From: Oikopleura dioica
Taxonomy: Eukaryota > Animalia > Chordata
Assembly (NCBI GenBank): GCA_907165135.1
Contig: OU015566.1
Span: 6,758,001 to 6,822,000, forward strand
Length of the DNA: 64,000 nt
Direction: 5' to 3'
Part shown: positions 1 to 11,984 of the stretch, one piece after another
Position numbering within the stretch: the first letter of the stretch is position 1
Layout of the letters: each line of letters begins with the position of its first letter
Made by a program: the position numbers and the translations under genes
Notes under the pieces: model-generated
The model's database searches: none
What the model was told of the DNA's origin: nothing
Seen by the model: only the letters and a program-made list of their open reading frames with translations

Positions 1-329
1 CTATCATAATTGCCCGCTGCGGATCCATATGGCGGCCAAAAAGAACTCATTCCTGTAGAAGGAACGAGTGAAGAACTTGCTTGAGAATGTTGAGGCATTC
101 CAGTCGTCGGTAAATTCAACGAGAGGCCACCAGTTGCTTCTGAAGAGGTTGGGAAGGATAGATTTGATTGAGGACTTTCAAGAAGAGGTTCGATTTTTCC
201 AGGAGTGGGAATGACTGGCTGAGGAAGCTGAGAAGGTTGAGAGCTGGAGACGGATTGAGTGTAGTCGAAAGGATTGTGCGCGACGGGTAGACGCGGTTCG
301 GAGGACATTCCGACCAAGTCTTCGGTCAT
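1..329 (-). CDS. 5' coding exon of an unidentified Ser/Pro/Thr-rich protein, possibly a transcription-factor N-terminus; continues off the left edge
   Basis: Acceptor ttgtttttaag| ends at 349, ATG at 329, frame open to the edge: MTEDLVGMSSEPRLPVAHNPFDYTQSVSSSQPSQLPQPVIPTPGK...SSFWPPYGSAAGNYD. About 2 kb of non-coding DNA lies upstream. Confidence 0.6.
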   Translation of the reverse strand, partial: MTEDLVGMSSEPRLPVAHNPFDYTQSVSSSQPSQLPQPVIPTPGKIEPLLESPQSNLSFPTSSEATGGLSLNLPTTGMPQHSQASSSLVPSTGMSSFWPPYGSAAGNYD

Positions 330-2406
330 CAGAGCGTTTTGGAGAATCCTTAAAAACAAAGTCAAACGTTGGCGCTATCGTTTATCTTCAAAACTCGCAA
401 GAGCGTAAGTTACACTCGTGCTACCATGCCCGTCATATATACAAATGTGCATACGCGGGTCGCCAAGGTCGCCCAGGTCGTAAACAAATCAGATACCGCG
501 CCTGACCCGGCCGCTAAACAAAATTTCCAGCAAAAAAAAACTTTCTTTCATATTTTGAAACTGAAGTGCTTGCTTTTGAAAAGTGGAAATTCCGCCGCCA
601 GTGGAAGCGGCACACGAGCGGATATGCGCGCTTTTAATTGGAACTTGTGAGCACGCGGATGCGCGAAGATGGCGCTAAAGGAAGCTATGAATGGCCAATC
701 AAATTTATTAGATAATAGTTAGAGTACTTTATATTAAATTTTGAAATTTCGTCATTGGGTAACTATTATTGCTATTGCTTCTTGGCTTTAAATTATTAAC
801 TCAATCTATAGCAAATTTATAAATTCCAAAAAGACATTATAAATAACAAAACTATGGTGCATTTCAAGACCGCGCTAAAACTGATGAGGCATTTTTAAAT
901 AAATAAAATATGAAATTATTGATTTACTTTAAGCATCTACTAAGAAAAATAGGAGCGGAAGTCAATTATGAGTAAAGAAGGTCTAATCGCTCTTTGGGGA
1001 TGCCAGGTTCAGTCCAAAGGAGGTAAATGAGTTTTTAATTTTCAAAGCGCTCGTGCCCGCGAATACTTCAAGACTCATTAGGAAGGAACATGCTGACCCC
1101 GCTCGTAACATCTTTCAAAAAACGAAGCGTCTATTTAGAATGACAAGTAGAATTTTTAAGTTTATTTACCGAGCATTTTTCTTCCTTGATTTCACCTTCG
1201 ATTTTTCTCTAAGAGTTTTAAAGACTATTAATTTCTCTATTTAAAATTTTGTTATAACTTCCGATAAGTTTTTTTCGATCTCTAGCTGTGGCGTTTTTTG
1301 CACGAGAGGGTTGATTATTTCCCTATCGAGCTCTCCAGATCGGCGCCGGGGGATTTTTTGGTGGTGAGGGACCCAGACTTTTTATGAATAAATTCACGGT
1401 GGTGGCGGCGGTGGAGGCCCTGTTGTGTTCGATTAATTTGATAATCACATGGGCCTGGCCCAGCGCGAAATTCAGATTTTCCGCCAAGTCGGAAGACCCT
1501 TTGAAAGACGCCTTCGTGAGATTCTAGCGTTTTATTATTCTTGACTGCCACCTATCATGTATTCTTTCTTTTGATATCTTCCAGAGAAAGGGATGATAAT
1601 GAGCCTATGCTAACTTTACCTGTCAATAGTTTCTTCGACCTTTCAGTAGGTCGACTGTAGATTTTCAATTGTAGAATCTCTCACTTTCGAGTCAAAAACG
1701 TAAATTATCGATGGTATGTTTTTGTTTATTATTGTCAGGAATTCGGTCAATGCTAAAACGATGCAACAACAAGCAAGTTCCTGATTTCCATATTTTCGTT
1801 GCGGTATATTTTCTAGAATGCAGGTGGAGTACCAGCGCTGTGAGCTCCCGCTAGCCGGCGCTGTCCTTATTTTTTTTTCCTGCTTTTTCCGCGGTTGATT
1901 TTTGTTGAGCACCACTGGAATGCGGCGGTCCAAGGCAGCGGGGCGCTAATTAATCGAGAAAGACGAGCGATAATTAGCGCAGGGAATTTCATGCTCGACC
2001 AGAAGGTGAGATAAACCTTCCGGTTTCGGAACATTCTAGCGCGACTATGGTAATTTAAGCGGTTTCAAACTCTAATCATTTTCGTCTTTCAATTCTTTCG
2101 TTTGATTAAAATTTCAGTTTCCGCGTCTCTTGATTTTGATTGACGAAAATGTCGAAATTTGGCTTTGAGACAATTCACAATTGATCAGCGCGGCACTGGC
2201 TCTGGCCAGTATCGGGTACCCTTAACCTAAACAGTCTAAATCAAACATTTAATTACCGCTATTCTACCTCGATTATTCAACAAACTCCTCACGCGCTGAC
2301 CGGGTGCCTAGCTGATACTTATGTATCTACCTTGACACAGATATGTCCACCTGAAGCCTAATTAGAGACTACTTTATTTCGAAAAAGAAAAAAACAGCGT
2401 TGCAAA

Positions 2407-5400
2407 ATGGCGAGAGGTTACGACAGAGTCTTCAGCTTCGCGCCTCAAATGGGCAAATACCAAATCATGGTTTATATAATTGGTTATTTATCGTCTGTTT
2501 TTATTTATGGACCATTTTTATCCGCCGGAGTCTATTTCCAGGTAAAAAATATTTTCTTATTAGAGTTGATCGAGTCTTTAGTACACGCCGAAATTTAGAT
2601 GCAAGACATTTTTTGATGATGGCAGTTCTAGTAAAGTCAGTTTTAATGATTCCCGATCGATAGAGCTTCTATCGAAGGTAGCGATACCTTCAAATACTCA
2701 TTGTAAAATTCAAAGGAAAGGCGGAAATCCATTTTTTTTTTCTTGAAAAAAAGGAGTTTGAACAAGTTTTTATGCCTTCAAAAGCCACGAAAAACTAGAA
2801 ACATGTGCGAACGACTCACTAAAAATCGACTCTGATTGCTTTGCCATTAATTCAACGAGTGAAGAAGCATGTACGGATTACGTGTTCGACTTGGAGCTGA
2901 TCTATGATACGATTTCAATAGAAAATGACCTGGTCTGCAATCGAAGTTGGATAAATAAGTTTCTCACGACTTTGACAATGATTGGTTTGGTAATTGGGCC
3001 GACTCTTTCTGGTAAGCACAACTTTTAAAAATGAGCCTAATGACGATTTCAGGTATGGTTTCTGATAAGATTGGTCGATCATTGTGCATCATCCTTTTTT
3101 CATTCATCACGTTCGGCTTTGCTCTTACCTGCGGTTGTTTGGGCACATATCACTGGGGTGTCTTCGCAGTCTTTCGAACTTTATCAGTTATTGGCTCGGC
3201 TGGAGTTGGTGTCACATATTTCGTTTTGGTCATGGAAACGGTCGGCCCAAAGTTCCGACCGATATTGGGACTGCTCTTTATTTCTACAACGATTGGACTC
3301 GGAACGATTATGCTTACTTTCGTGATGATGTATTTGAAGAACTGGGAATATGCGCAGTTTTTCATGGCTTTTTCGGCGATTGTCGTTGGTTTTGCGACAA
3401 GAGTATGCAGCGAGACTCCGAGGTACTTAGAGATTTTTTATGATCAAGTAATAGAAAGTGTTTTTGAATATAACTACCCTTCAAAGTGATGAGTTCTTTG
3501 TACCAACTTGAGATCCTGGAATGTTATATTCACTACTAACCTGATTAACCCGATAACGCGAGTTTGAAATTATACGATAACGAGAGCGGGAGCACTTAGT
3601 GCACCCGGGCCATCTAGAACAATTTTAAGCAGAAAGAGAACAAAACTGCCTGTTTTCTCGGTCTGTAAGACGGCGTTTTCGCCGGAATTTTGAAAAATGC
3701 TCGGTCTAGAACTCTTGAGAACTCTATTTTGTGGGTAAAAAGGCGAAAAGAACGCCCGCTCTGTTGATGAATGTTATGTAACATTGAGTTCTCGAGACGA
3801 TTTTCCAAAATTTTTCCCTTTTTCTTATAAAAAAGGGATTAAATAAAAAGTATGAAAATTTCTTAAAGTCAAACTAAGTGAAGAATAGGTATTAGAATCT
3901 AAGTTTTTTTGAATTTTTGGATTATCTTCAAAATTGAAGAAGATCACAATGCAACAACTAGCTCTGGGAGCACTTAGTGCTCCCGCTCTCGTTATCGGGT
4001 TAATAAAAATCTATATGCAAAAGAATTTGTTATATATTATAGTTTTTTCAAAATATTTCTAGATGGTTATACTCAGTGAAGAAAAATGAGCAAGCGCGAG
4101 AAGCTATTCAAAGAATGGCAAGATGGGATGGATACAGAATCTCGACAGATCAATTTGAGACTTTTGAAAAAAATATGGCAAGTTCATCATCTTCTCTTCT
4201 CTTGGTAAACCTCCTTTAGGAAGAGGATGATAAACAGGCCGCGAAAGAAATGGAACAGAACAAGAAGTCGATCAAAGATCTCATAGCCAGTCCCTTGATT
4301 CGAAAAATTACCATCATCCTGATGCTGAACCAGTTTGTCCGAGGAATCATCAACTACGGATTCTTATTCAACATCGGAAGCCTCAAAGGAAACATCTTCA
4401 CCAACAACATTTTTAATAATTTTATGGGAATCCCTGCTTTCATCATCTGTGCTTGTCTCATAAACACGAGACTCGGCAGAATAGGAAATTTCATTTGGAC
4501 TCTTTACGTAGCCGGGCTCTCTTCATTTCTTATGTAAGTTCTTTCGAGGAGGGATGAGCGTTACATAATTGTGGGAGTAGAGACTCGGTTGATTTATTTG
4601 ATCGGGGGTTAATTTATCTTTTTAGCTTCTTTGGGCACCTATTCGAGTTACCTCTCTTGGTCAATATTTCTTCATATGTTGGCATGTTCGGTAAGTATAG
4701 TTATTACTTAAGGGGGGGTCGACGAGAATCGGGATTTCCGTGACCAGAAATGCGGGAAAACCTGAGCAGATAGGCAAAATCTGATTATACTGGTGGATAG
4801 AAAAGGGTTGAAAAAATCAGGCGGCGAAAACTAAAAAAAATTTTGACCAGAAAAAATCGGTCAAAAATCTCGTCAAAGTAGGGCCATTTTCGCGAAAATG
4901 CACTAATAATGGTCAATTTTTCTACAATTTTGCAAATTTTACCCCCTAAATCTAATTTTTATCAAATGATTTTAGGCTCAATAGATTCAGGAGAATCTGT
5001 AGATTCCAAAAATATAAGATTCATACCCAGACTATGGGTATAAGCGAAATTACGATCACGCCGGAAAAAATTCTCGTCGACCCCCCCCCTTAAGGACCCC
5101 CCCCGTCAACAATTTTCGAAAAATCTATTTTCGGAATTTTAAAATTTTGACCCCGGAAATGGATTCTACGGGTGAAAAAACGATTTTAGGCTTCATTTTT
5201 TGGGGGTCTATCTCGACTCTAACACCCTCAAAATCGCGTTTAAAAATTGGACTTTTTCACGAAAAATGATGAAAATGGCCTATTTTTGCTAGAAAATCAG
5301 ATTTTTCTTGGTCAAAAATTGCTGCGAACAAGTTTATATGATGTTTTAAACTTCCAGGTACACTCAGAAGCCAAAATATGGCTGTTTTAAAATTTTCGAT

Positions 5401-6038
5401 TTTTTGAGGAAAATTGTTGACGGGGGGGTCCTTAAACATGAAATTATATTAAAATATATCCTATCATTGATAGGCTATCACAGTAATGGCACTTCTATCG
5501 TGGTTAAGATAATTTAGTCATCGTTACAAATCATTTAAATTACTTATATAAAATAACAACAACGATTTTATGGTCTTCAAACAATATTAAAATATTCTAG
5601 CATCTACCGCTGCAACATCAGTAGGCTACGTCTACACCGCCGAAGTCTACTCTACAGACGTCAGAAACGTCGGAGTTGGATGCTGCTCGAGTATGGCCAT
5701 GTTTGGTGCTCTTGTGTCCCCGTCCCTTGCTATTGTTGAAGATTATGTCTGGTGGTTTCCTCCTCTTTTTAATGGGCTTATTGGTAAGCTTGAAAATCAA
5801 ACCCGCTAATAGCTCTGCACTTGAAGCTGTTATTGCCGGTTCCCTGTCGTTCTTGCTCCCTGAGACTATTGGCAAACCGATGACCACGACGACTGAAGAA
5901 TTCATAGCGCTCTACGGAAAGCAATCGCCACCATCAATAGTCGAAAAAGACAAAAAGAAGGATGATCATCCAGTTCAAAACGGAAGCACCCCACATGAAG
6001 CGTTGGAGAATCCGAGCTTCAAAGATTCCGAACTTTAG
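2407..6038 (+). CDS. SLC22-family (MFS) organic cation/anion transporter, multi-exon
   Basis: Spliced translation gives SLC22 hallmarks: YFQ-VAIPSNTHCK; CTDYVFD...ISIENDLVCNRSW; SDKIGR; METVGPKFR; SETPR|WLYS; YTAEVYSTDVRNVGVG; LLPETIGKPM. Stop at 6036-6038. Confidence 0.93.
3549..3999. mobile_element. piggyBac-type MITE (451 bp) in an SLC22 intron
   Basis: TTAA at 3545-3548 and 4000-4003; termini CCCGATAACG...CGTTATCGGG; inverted repeat extends as CGATAACGAGAGCGGGAGCACT. CCC termini with a TTAA target are characteristic of piggyBac. Confidence 0.85.
4712..5089. mobile_element. TTAA-flanked MITE, family A (GGGGGGGTCGACGAGAAT TIR)
   Basis: TTAA|GGGGGGGTCGACGAGAAT...ATTCTCGTCGACCCCCCCCC|TTAA; a truncated second copy starts at ~33772. 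Confidence 0.88.
5094..5431. mobile_element. TTAA-flanked MITE, family B (GGACCCCCCCCGTCAACAATTTTC TIR), abutting family A
   Basis: TTAA(5090-5093)|GGACCCCCCCCGTCAACAATTTTC...GAAAATTGTTGACGGGGGGGTCC|TTAA(5432-5435). Confidence 0.88.
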
Positions 6039-6257
6039 GAGAATATTTATCTTGTGCTCTTTTTCACGAGCAACTTTTTACTGCGCGAATAAAAAATAGA
6101 AAGATCTTGTGAATTGGAAAATTCTCGGGAGAGACGGTTCGCGATTTTTATGAAGGCAGGTGGAGGGTGTGCCAAAAAGGGCGTTTTTTCTTCCCATTTC
6201 TGAGTTAATTTCCGCTCCCGAGTTTTAAAGAGAAAATTTCTACTAGAAAAAATCATC

Positions 6258-8989
6258 ATGGATATTGGTAGACTTTTATCAGCTGTTTCCGAAGGTAAAT
6301 CAACCGCAAACGATCAATTATCAATGAATCCTAAAAATTCTAGAGCTCGAGGCAATTCAACTCCGAGACTCAAGCGAGTACAAGCCGAAATACGCCAGAT
6401 ACATGTCGGAAATAGCACTTTTAGAGATATTTCCATAAAAAGAAGTGTTATTTTGAGTTAGACGAGATCGTTGCCAATTCCCGGACATGGCGCACACGCG
6501 AGCCCGAGTTTGTTCAGAACACGAACAATCCCATCCGACGAATTGTCGACAACATGCGTGTCGTTCCAAACGAGAAGTACCCAATGATCCCGCTCTCTAT
6601 CGGTGACCCCGCGGTGTATGGCAACTTCGATCCCTCCCCAATCGCCGTTCAAGCTGTCAAAGACGTTCTTGACAACAACAAAGACAACGGCTACGGCCCA
6701 GCAGTCGGAATACCGCTGGCGAGAAAATCCATCGCAGAGTATCTGAAGCCTTTCTTCACTTACGAACCTGATGTGAACAATATTTCCTTGGCGAATGGAG
6801 CTTCCGGAGCGCTTGAATTCGCTATCACTTGTATTGCTGAACGAGGAGACAACATTCTTCTGCCAAGGTAAGTCAATAAGGAGTGGATTTTGGAGTTATC
6901 CCGTTCTCTTTCAAAATTTTTTGCAGCAAAATGAAGACTTTGAAATTACTAGTGAGGAAATTTATTGTTGGGTAAAAGGCCAAAATGTGAGTCTAAAAGT
7001 GTGGCAGTGGGTGAAAAATCTAGATCAGTCTCATGAACAGATTCGTAACGTCTATCGCAGGAGGTGCCTCTTGTTGTTGTTGTTCTTGTGGGACGGGCTG
7101 CTCTTGTCGGGCGGGTTGCCCTGCTTGTTGACGACGAAGAAACTCAGCGTATGCTCGTTGATCCCGTTCAAGGAGTCTTCAAAAGACAGTTTTCTACTGG
7201 AGAAGTTTTCGCCTTACCTTTGAGCGCTTCCGAACTCATTGGTTCCTCTGATAGCTTCTCGTCTTTGAAACCGGCGCATCATTTCTGGGTATCGAAATGC
7301 TCCTCCAAGATTTAGCCAAAGCTGAGCGATTGGGCAAACGCGATACTTCAAGTAGTCGTCAGCTGTTAGAAGGCCGCTTCTTCGGAATATCTTCATTGCT
7401 TCCACGTGGTCACGGACTAAAGCTTTCATTTTTTCCTTTATTTGGGCTTCTGATGACTCTCTAATGAGTTTCTGGATCTTTCGAACAGAAACAAATCCTC
7501 GGTTGTTCAGAAACGCTCGTCGACATTCGCGGCCTAGACGAAACCGGCGATGTGTGATGTTGTATTTCGACTTGACTTCCTTTACTGAAAAAATCGGATA
7601 ATTATTGAGCATACAATTTTAAATTTACTTACGATTATCGACGGCAAAGCAGCAACATATTAAAATTTCGTGGAGACGGCGATTTTCGCGAGCATATCTA
7701 TCGAGCGTGAACGCTTGCATTTCTCAAAATTTCCAACTTTCAATTTTTATCTGAATTTTTATTTGAATGAGAACTTTGATGGAAATTTGATTCTGAGTAG
7801 CCTAAAAATCTAGAGAGTTAATTTCAGTGCGTCTGGAAAATCCCGTTTTTTCATTTGAAGAAAAAATGGCTCGATTCCCTAAAACAAGGAAAACGCTTTT
7901 TCTCACTAATTTCCTAATTTTAGACCTGGATTCCCACTTTACTCAGTTCTTGCCGAAGCTCAAGGGATCAAATGCAAATACTACGATCTCGATCCTAACC
8001 GGGTAAAGAAAATAACGCATTGCGATATCAAATTTATTCTGAGTAGGATTGGGCAGTCGACTACGACAGTCTCGAAAACGCCATCGATGAGAAAACATGC
8101 GCCGTCATCTTCATCAATCCTTCCAACCCAACTGGCGCCGTTTTCAAGCAAAATCACATGGAGCGCCTGGTCGAGCTTTGCGAACAGTACAAGATTCCAA
8201 TCATCGCCGATGAAATCTACGCTGGAATGACATTCCACGACTCTCCTTTTGTTTCCTTTTGCCAGGTTGCTAAGAGGATTCCCGTCATTCATGTTGGCGG
8301 TCTTGCTAAACGATTCCTTGTCCCAGGTAAAAGAGAGGAAAGTAAAGTTCATGGATTGACGGTGCTTTAGGCTGGAGAATCGGATGGTGTGTGGTCCACG
8401 ATCCGATGAGCATTTTCAAAGGAAGATTGACGACCGGGATTAAAAAGCTCGCCACACGCCTTGTTGGTCCAAATAAGCTTATTCAAGTACAGTAAATAGT
8501 TGATTTTTATGTTTATGTCCTCCTAAGGCGGCGATTCCGAAAATTCTATCCATCCCCGTCTCCTGGCACAACGAACAAAATACGAAACTTGAAGAAGCTG
8601 CAGATCTCTTCTACGATGGAATCATGCAAGCTCCAGGACTCATCCCAATCATGCCGTCGGGAGCGATGTACATGATGGTCAAGATTGATTTCTCCCGACT
8701 GGAGAATTTCTCCGACGACATGCATTTCTGCCAGACACTAGTGTCGGAAAAATCCGTGTTTGTCCTCCCTGGAAGCTGCTTCGGCTTCCCAAACTTTTTC
8801 GAGTCGTTATTACGATCCCCAAGGTAATTTTTCTCCAATCTCGTCTCTTTTCAATAATTTTTGTAGGAAAAAATTCCAGAAGCTTGTCAACGAATCGTCG
8901 ACTTTTGCAACGATAATGTGAAAACTGAAAGAAAGAGTAGTCTGAGAAGAACATCAGAACTTCTTGCTGGCGGTTCCGCTAATCTTTGA
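6258..8989 (+). CDS. TAT: Tyrosine aminotransferase (class I PLP-dependent); 5' exon structure uncertain; apparent 1-nt deletion at ~8800
   Basis: NPIRRIVDNMRV, SIGDPAVYGN, NGYGPAVG, GDNILLPR|PGFPLY, INPSNPTGAVF, IIADEIYAGM, GGLAKRFLVPG|WRIGW, PSGAMYMMV, SVFVLPGSCFGFPNFF, last exon EKIPEACQRIVDFC; stop at 8987-8989. Introns of 41-50 nt plus one of ~1.05 kb. Confidence 0.95.
7020..7720 (-). CDS. Orphan ~200-aa, 3-exon gene nested antisense in the long TAT intron
   Basis: Exons 7720-7633, 7584-7218 and 7176-7020, joined by GT-AG introns of 48 and 41 nt whose phases match. Continuous ORF MQAFTLDRYARENRRLHEILICCCFAVDNLKEVKSK...LLERDQRAYAEFLRRQQ...NLFMRLI*. Confidence 0.8.
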
Positions 8990-9136
8990 TACTTCTGCTT
9001 TGAATTAAGAATCGCTTATTTTGAAACGAAAGCAAATAAAGACAATATCATTATAAAAAATATTTAATTTCATTTACTCTGACGACGAGAAAAGAAGATA
9101 CACTGTCATTTCACATGCATGATCACTGGTCATTGA

Positions 9137-9924
9137 TCAGTTTAATTCTCGATCGTGTTGAACCAAGGCGCAGCAATGGCAGAACAAGATGATCATAATA
9201 TCGCTTATAAAAAAATTTGATCCTATTATTTGCAATTATTATTACAAACAATTATTATTATTGCATTATTCACTCACCTCAATTTAGTTCCTTCGATACT
9301 ATGTTTCTCTCGAATAGCAACCCTTTGCTTCCAGGCGATATAATTTGGAAGCTAAAAAAATCTTCTTGGAAGATAATGAATTTGATCGTACGAGAATTGA
9401 TGTCAAGAAGCAGATAGTAGCGAGGATAGCACTCCAGATTGGAAATTTTGGTGCAGCTTTGACCATGTTCGGGTCGGCGAGGAGTGTAGCGCCTTTGTTA
9501 AAAGCATACTTCCAAATTGAAAAACTGAAGTACCCACAACCCTTAAGTTTTTAATAATATCATAAAGTCAAAAATACAAACGCCCAAAGGAAGGTAGTAA
9601 GCACCAACATAAAGAAGACAACAAAGACATGAGTTGCCTTCTTTCAGTCCATCTTGGATTGACTGAATGACGCAGCAAGGAAAGAACATTGCTTGACAAG
9701 AAGTGCCGCATCGCCCGCAACAGCTTTAATTTTGATAATTATCTATTTAAAAGATTTTGCAAAACATGTGCCTTTAGTAAAGACTCTTTACAATATTATC
9801 AGCTCCTTAACAGTGGGTATCTAAATTGACCATCTGGAGACTTGTATTTGAACGACTGTGGCTGCTCTGATACTATAAAGGAACTTGTCTCGATACCATT
9901 CATAGTGGTCTGTAGTGAGCACAT
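9137..9924 (-). CDS. PLAC8/cornifelin-family Cys-rich protein, paralog A copy 1 (intact)
   Basis: Five exons: MCSLQTTMNG...GQFRYPLL-SCCGRCGTSCQAMFFPCCVIQSI...QRVAIREKHSIEGTKLSDIMIILFCHCCALVQHDRELN*. CC-x-FxPC and R..IR..H.I.G...D...FC.CCAL.Q..RE are the PLAC8 signatures. Confidence 0.9.
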
Positions 9925-10007
9925 TGCAGTAGCTCTCGATGATATTCTGACTTGAATCTGAAAGTGCAAAGCGCCCTTGTTCTGCAAAGCTTATAAAATC
10001 GATTGGC

Positions 10008-10766
10008 GAATGACATTCAACGACTCTCCTTTTGTCTCCTTTTGCCAGGTTGCTAAGAGGATTCCCGTCATGCATGTTGGCGGTCTTGCTAAAGGATTCC
10101 TTGTCCCCGGTAAGAGAGAGAAAGCAAAACATGGATTAACGATGCTTTAAGTTGGAGAATCGGATGGTGTGTGGTCCACGATCCTATGAGCATTTTCAAA
10201 GGAAGATTGACGACCGGGATTAAAAGCTCGCCACACGCCTTGTCGGCCCAAACAAGCTTATTCAAGTAAAATCAATAATTGAGTTTTGCGTTTTTAATTT
10301 CTTCAGGCGGCGATTCCGAAAATCCTCTCGATCCCCGTCTCCTGGCACAACGAACAAAATACGAAACTCGAAGAAGCTGCCGATCTCTTCTACGACGGAA
10401 TCATGCAAGCTCCTGGACTCATCCCAATCATGCCGTCGGGAGCGATGTACATGATGGTCAAGATTGATTTCTCCCGACTGGAGAATTTCTCCTACGACAT
10501 GCATTTCTGTCAGACACTCGTTTCGGAAAAATCCGTGTTCGTCCTTCCCGGAAGCTGTTTCGGCTTTCCGAACTTTTTCCGAGTCGTAATTCGATCCCCA
10601 AGGTACTCCAATCTAATCCCTCCTTTTTTAATAGTTTTTATAGGAAAAAATTCCAGAAGCTTGTCAACGAATCGTCGACTTTTGCAACGATAATGTGAAA
10701 ACTGAAAGAAAGAGTAGTCTAAGAAGAACATCAGAACTTCTTGCTGGCGGTTCTGCTAATCTTTGA
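10008..10766 (+). pseudogene. TAT: 5'-truncated TAT duplicate, copy 1
   Basis: Begins at GAATGACATTC (MTF-DSPF) in the middle of an exon and keeps the last three introns. AKR is changed to AKG; ATTACG>ATTCG is a 1-nt deletion before the last intron; one extra 1-nt loss in an A-run at ~10222. Confidence 0.88.
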
Positions 10767-10910
10767 TACTTCTTTTGGAATTACGAATCGCTGATTTTGA
10801 AGCGAAAGCAAATAAAGACAGTATCATAAGAAAAATTGAGATTTAATTAACTCTGACAACGAGAAAAGTAGATACACTGTACTTTCACATGCATGATCAC
10901 TGATCGTTGA

Positions 10911-11721
10911 TTAGTTAACTTCTCGATCGTGTTGAACCAAGGCGCAGCAATGGCAGAACAAGATGATCAAAATATCGCTGAGAAATAATTTAAGTTTAAT
11001 TAATTTAAAATAATTTATTTTATTTGCAATCACTGTTGGGTATTCACTCACCTCAATGTGGTTCCTTCGATTGCGTGTTTCTCTCGAATAGCAACCCTTT
11101 GCTTCCATGCGATATAATTTGGAACCTAGAATCAACTTTTTCGAAAGATAAATTTTCAATGATCATACGAGAATTGAAGTCAAGAAGGAGATAGAACCGA
11201 GAATAGCACTCCAAATCGGAAATTTTGGTGCTGCTATAACCATGTTCGGATCGGCGAGGAGTGTAGAAAGAGAGGAAGCGCCTTGATGACAAGCATACTT
11301 CCAAATGGAAAAACTGAAGTAACCAGAACCCTAAAATTTATTAAGAAGCTCATAAAATATAAGATACAAACGCCCAAGGGGAGGTAATAAGAACCAGCAT
11401 AAAGAAGACACCAAAGACATGAGCTGCCTTCTTTCATTCCATCTTGGATTGACTGAATGACGCAGCAAGGACAGAACATTGCTTGGCATGAAGTACCAAA
11501 TCGCCCGCAGCAGCTTTAATTTTGATAATTATCTATTTAAAAGATTTTGCAAAACATGTGTCTTTAAAATATTATCAGCTCCTAAATAGTGGGTATCTAA
11601 ATTGACCATCTGGAGACTTGTATGTGAACGACTTTGGCTGCTCTGATACTATATAGGAACTTGTCTCGGTACCATTCATCGACGGAATGTTAGAAGTGTT
11701 AACGGTCTGTAGTGAGGACAT
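10911..11721 (-). CDS. PLAC8-family protein, paralog B copy 1 (intact)
   Basis: MSSLQTVNTSNIPSMNGTETSS...GQFRYPLF-SCCGRFGTSCQAMFCPCC...IAWKQRVAIREKHAIEGTTLSDILIILFCHCCALVQHDREVN*. Confidence 0.9.
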
Positions 11722-11984
11722 TACAGTAGCTCTCGATTATATTCTGACTTGAATCTGAAAGTGCAAAGCACCCTTGTTCTGCAAAGCTTCTTAAATCGAT
11801 GGCGAAGTGTTAGCGAGTCATTGCTGCATTATATATGAAGCTTTTCCGGGACGCTCTTGATTAAATTTGCATTGGAACAGCCTCTTTGATCCCTTGAATC
11901 GCAAAAGAGAACACGACAGCAGGTTAGGATTCCGACATTTTTGCTTAAAACCCATTTATTTTTGTTTGAAACAAATTTTTTCAA

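Noticed and set aside
664-680. YY1/CTCF-like AAGATGGCGCTA motifs (also ~27565, ~34925)
   Set aside because: Short, common promoter-type words with no independent support from the sequence alone.
6390-6461. Non-canonical intron in the TAT 5' region
   Set aside because: Several alternative models exist, including a canonical 47-nt GT-AG intron, so a non-GT donor is not forced.
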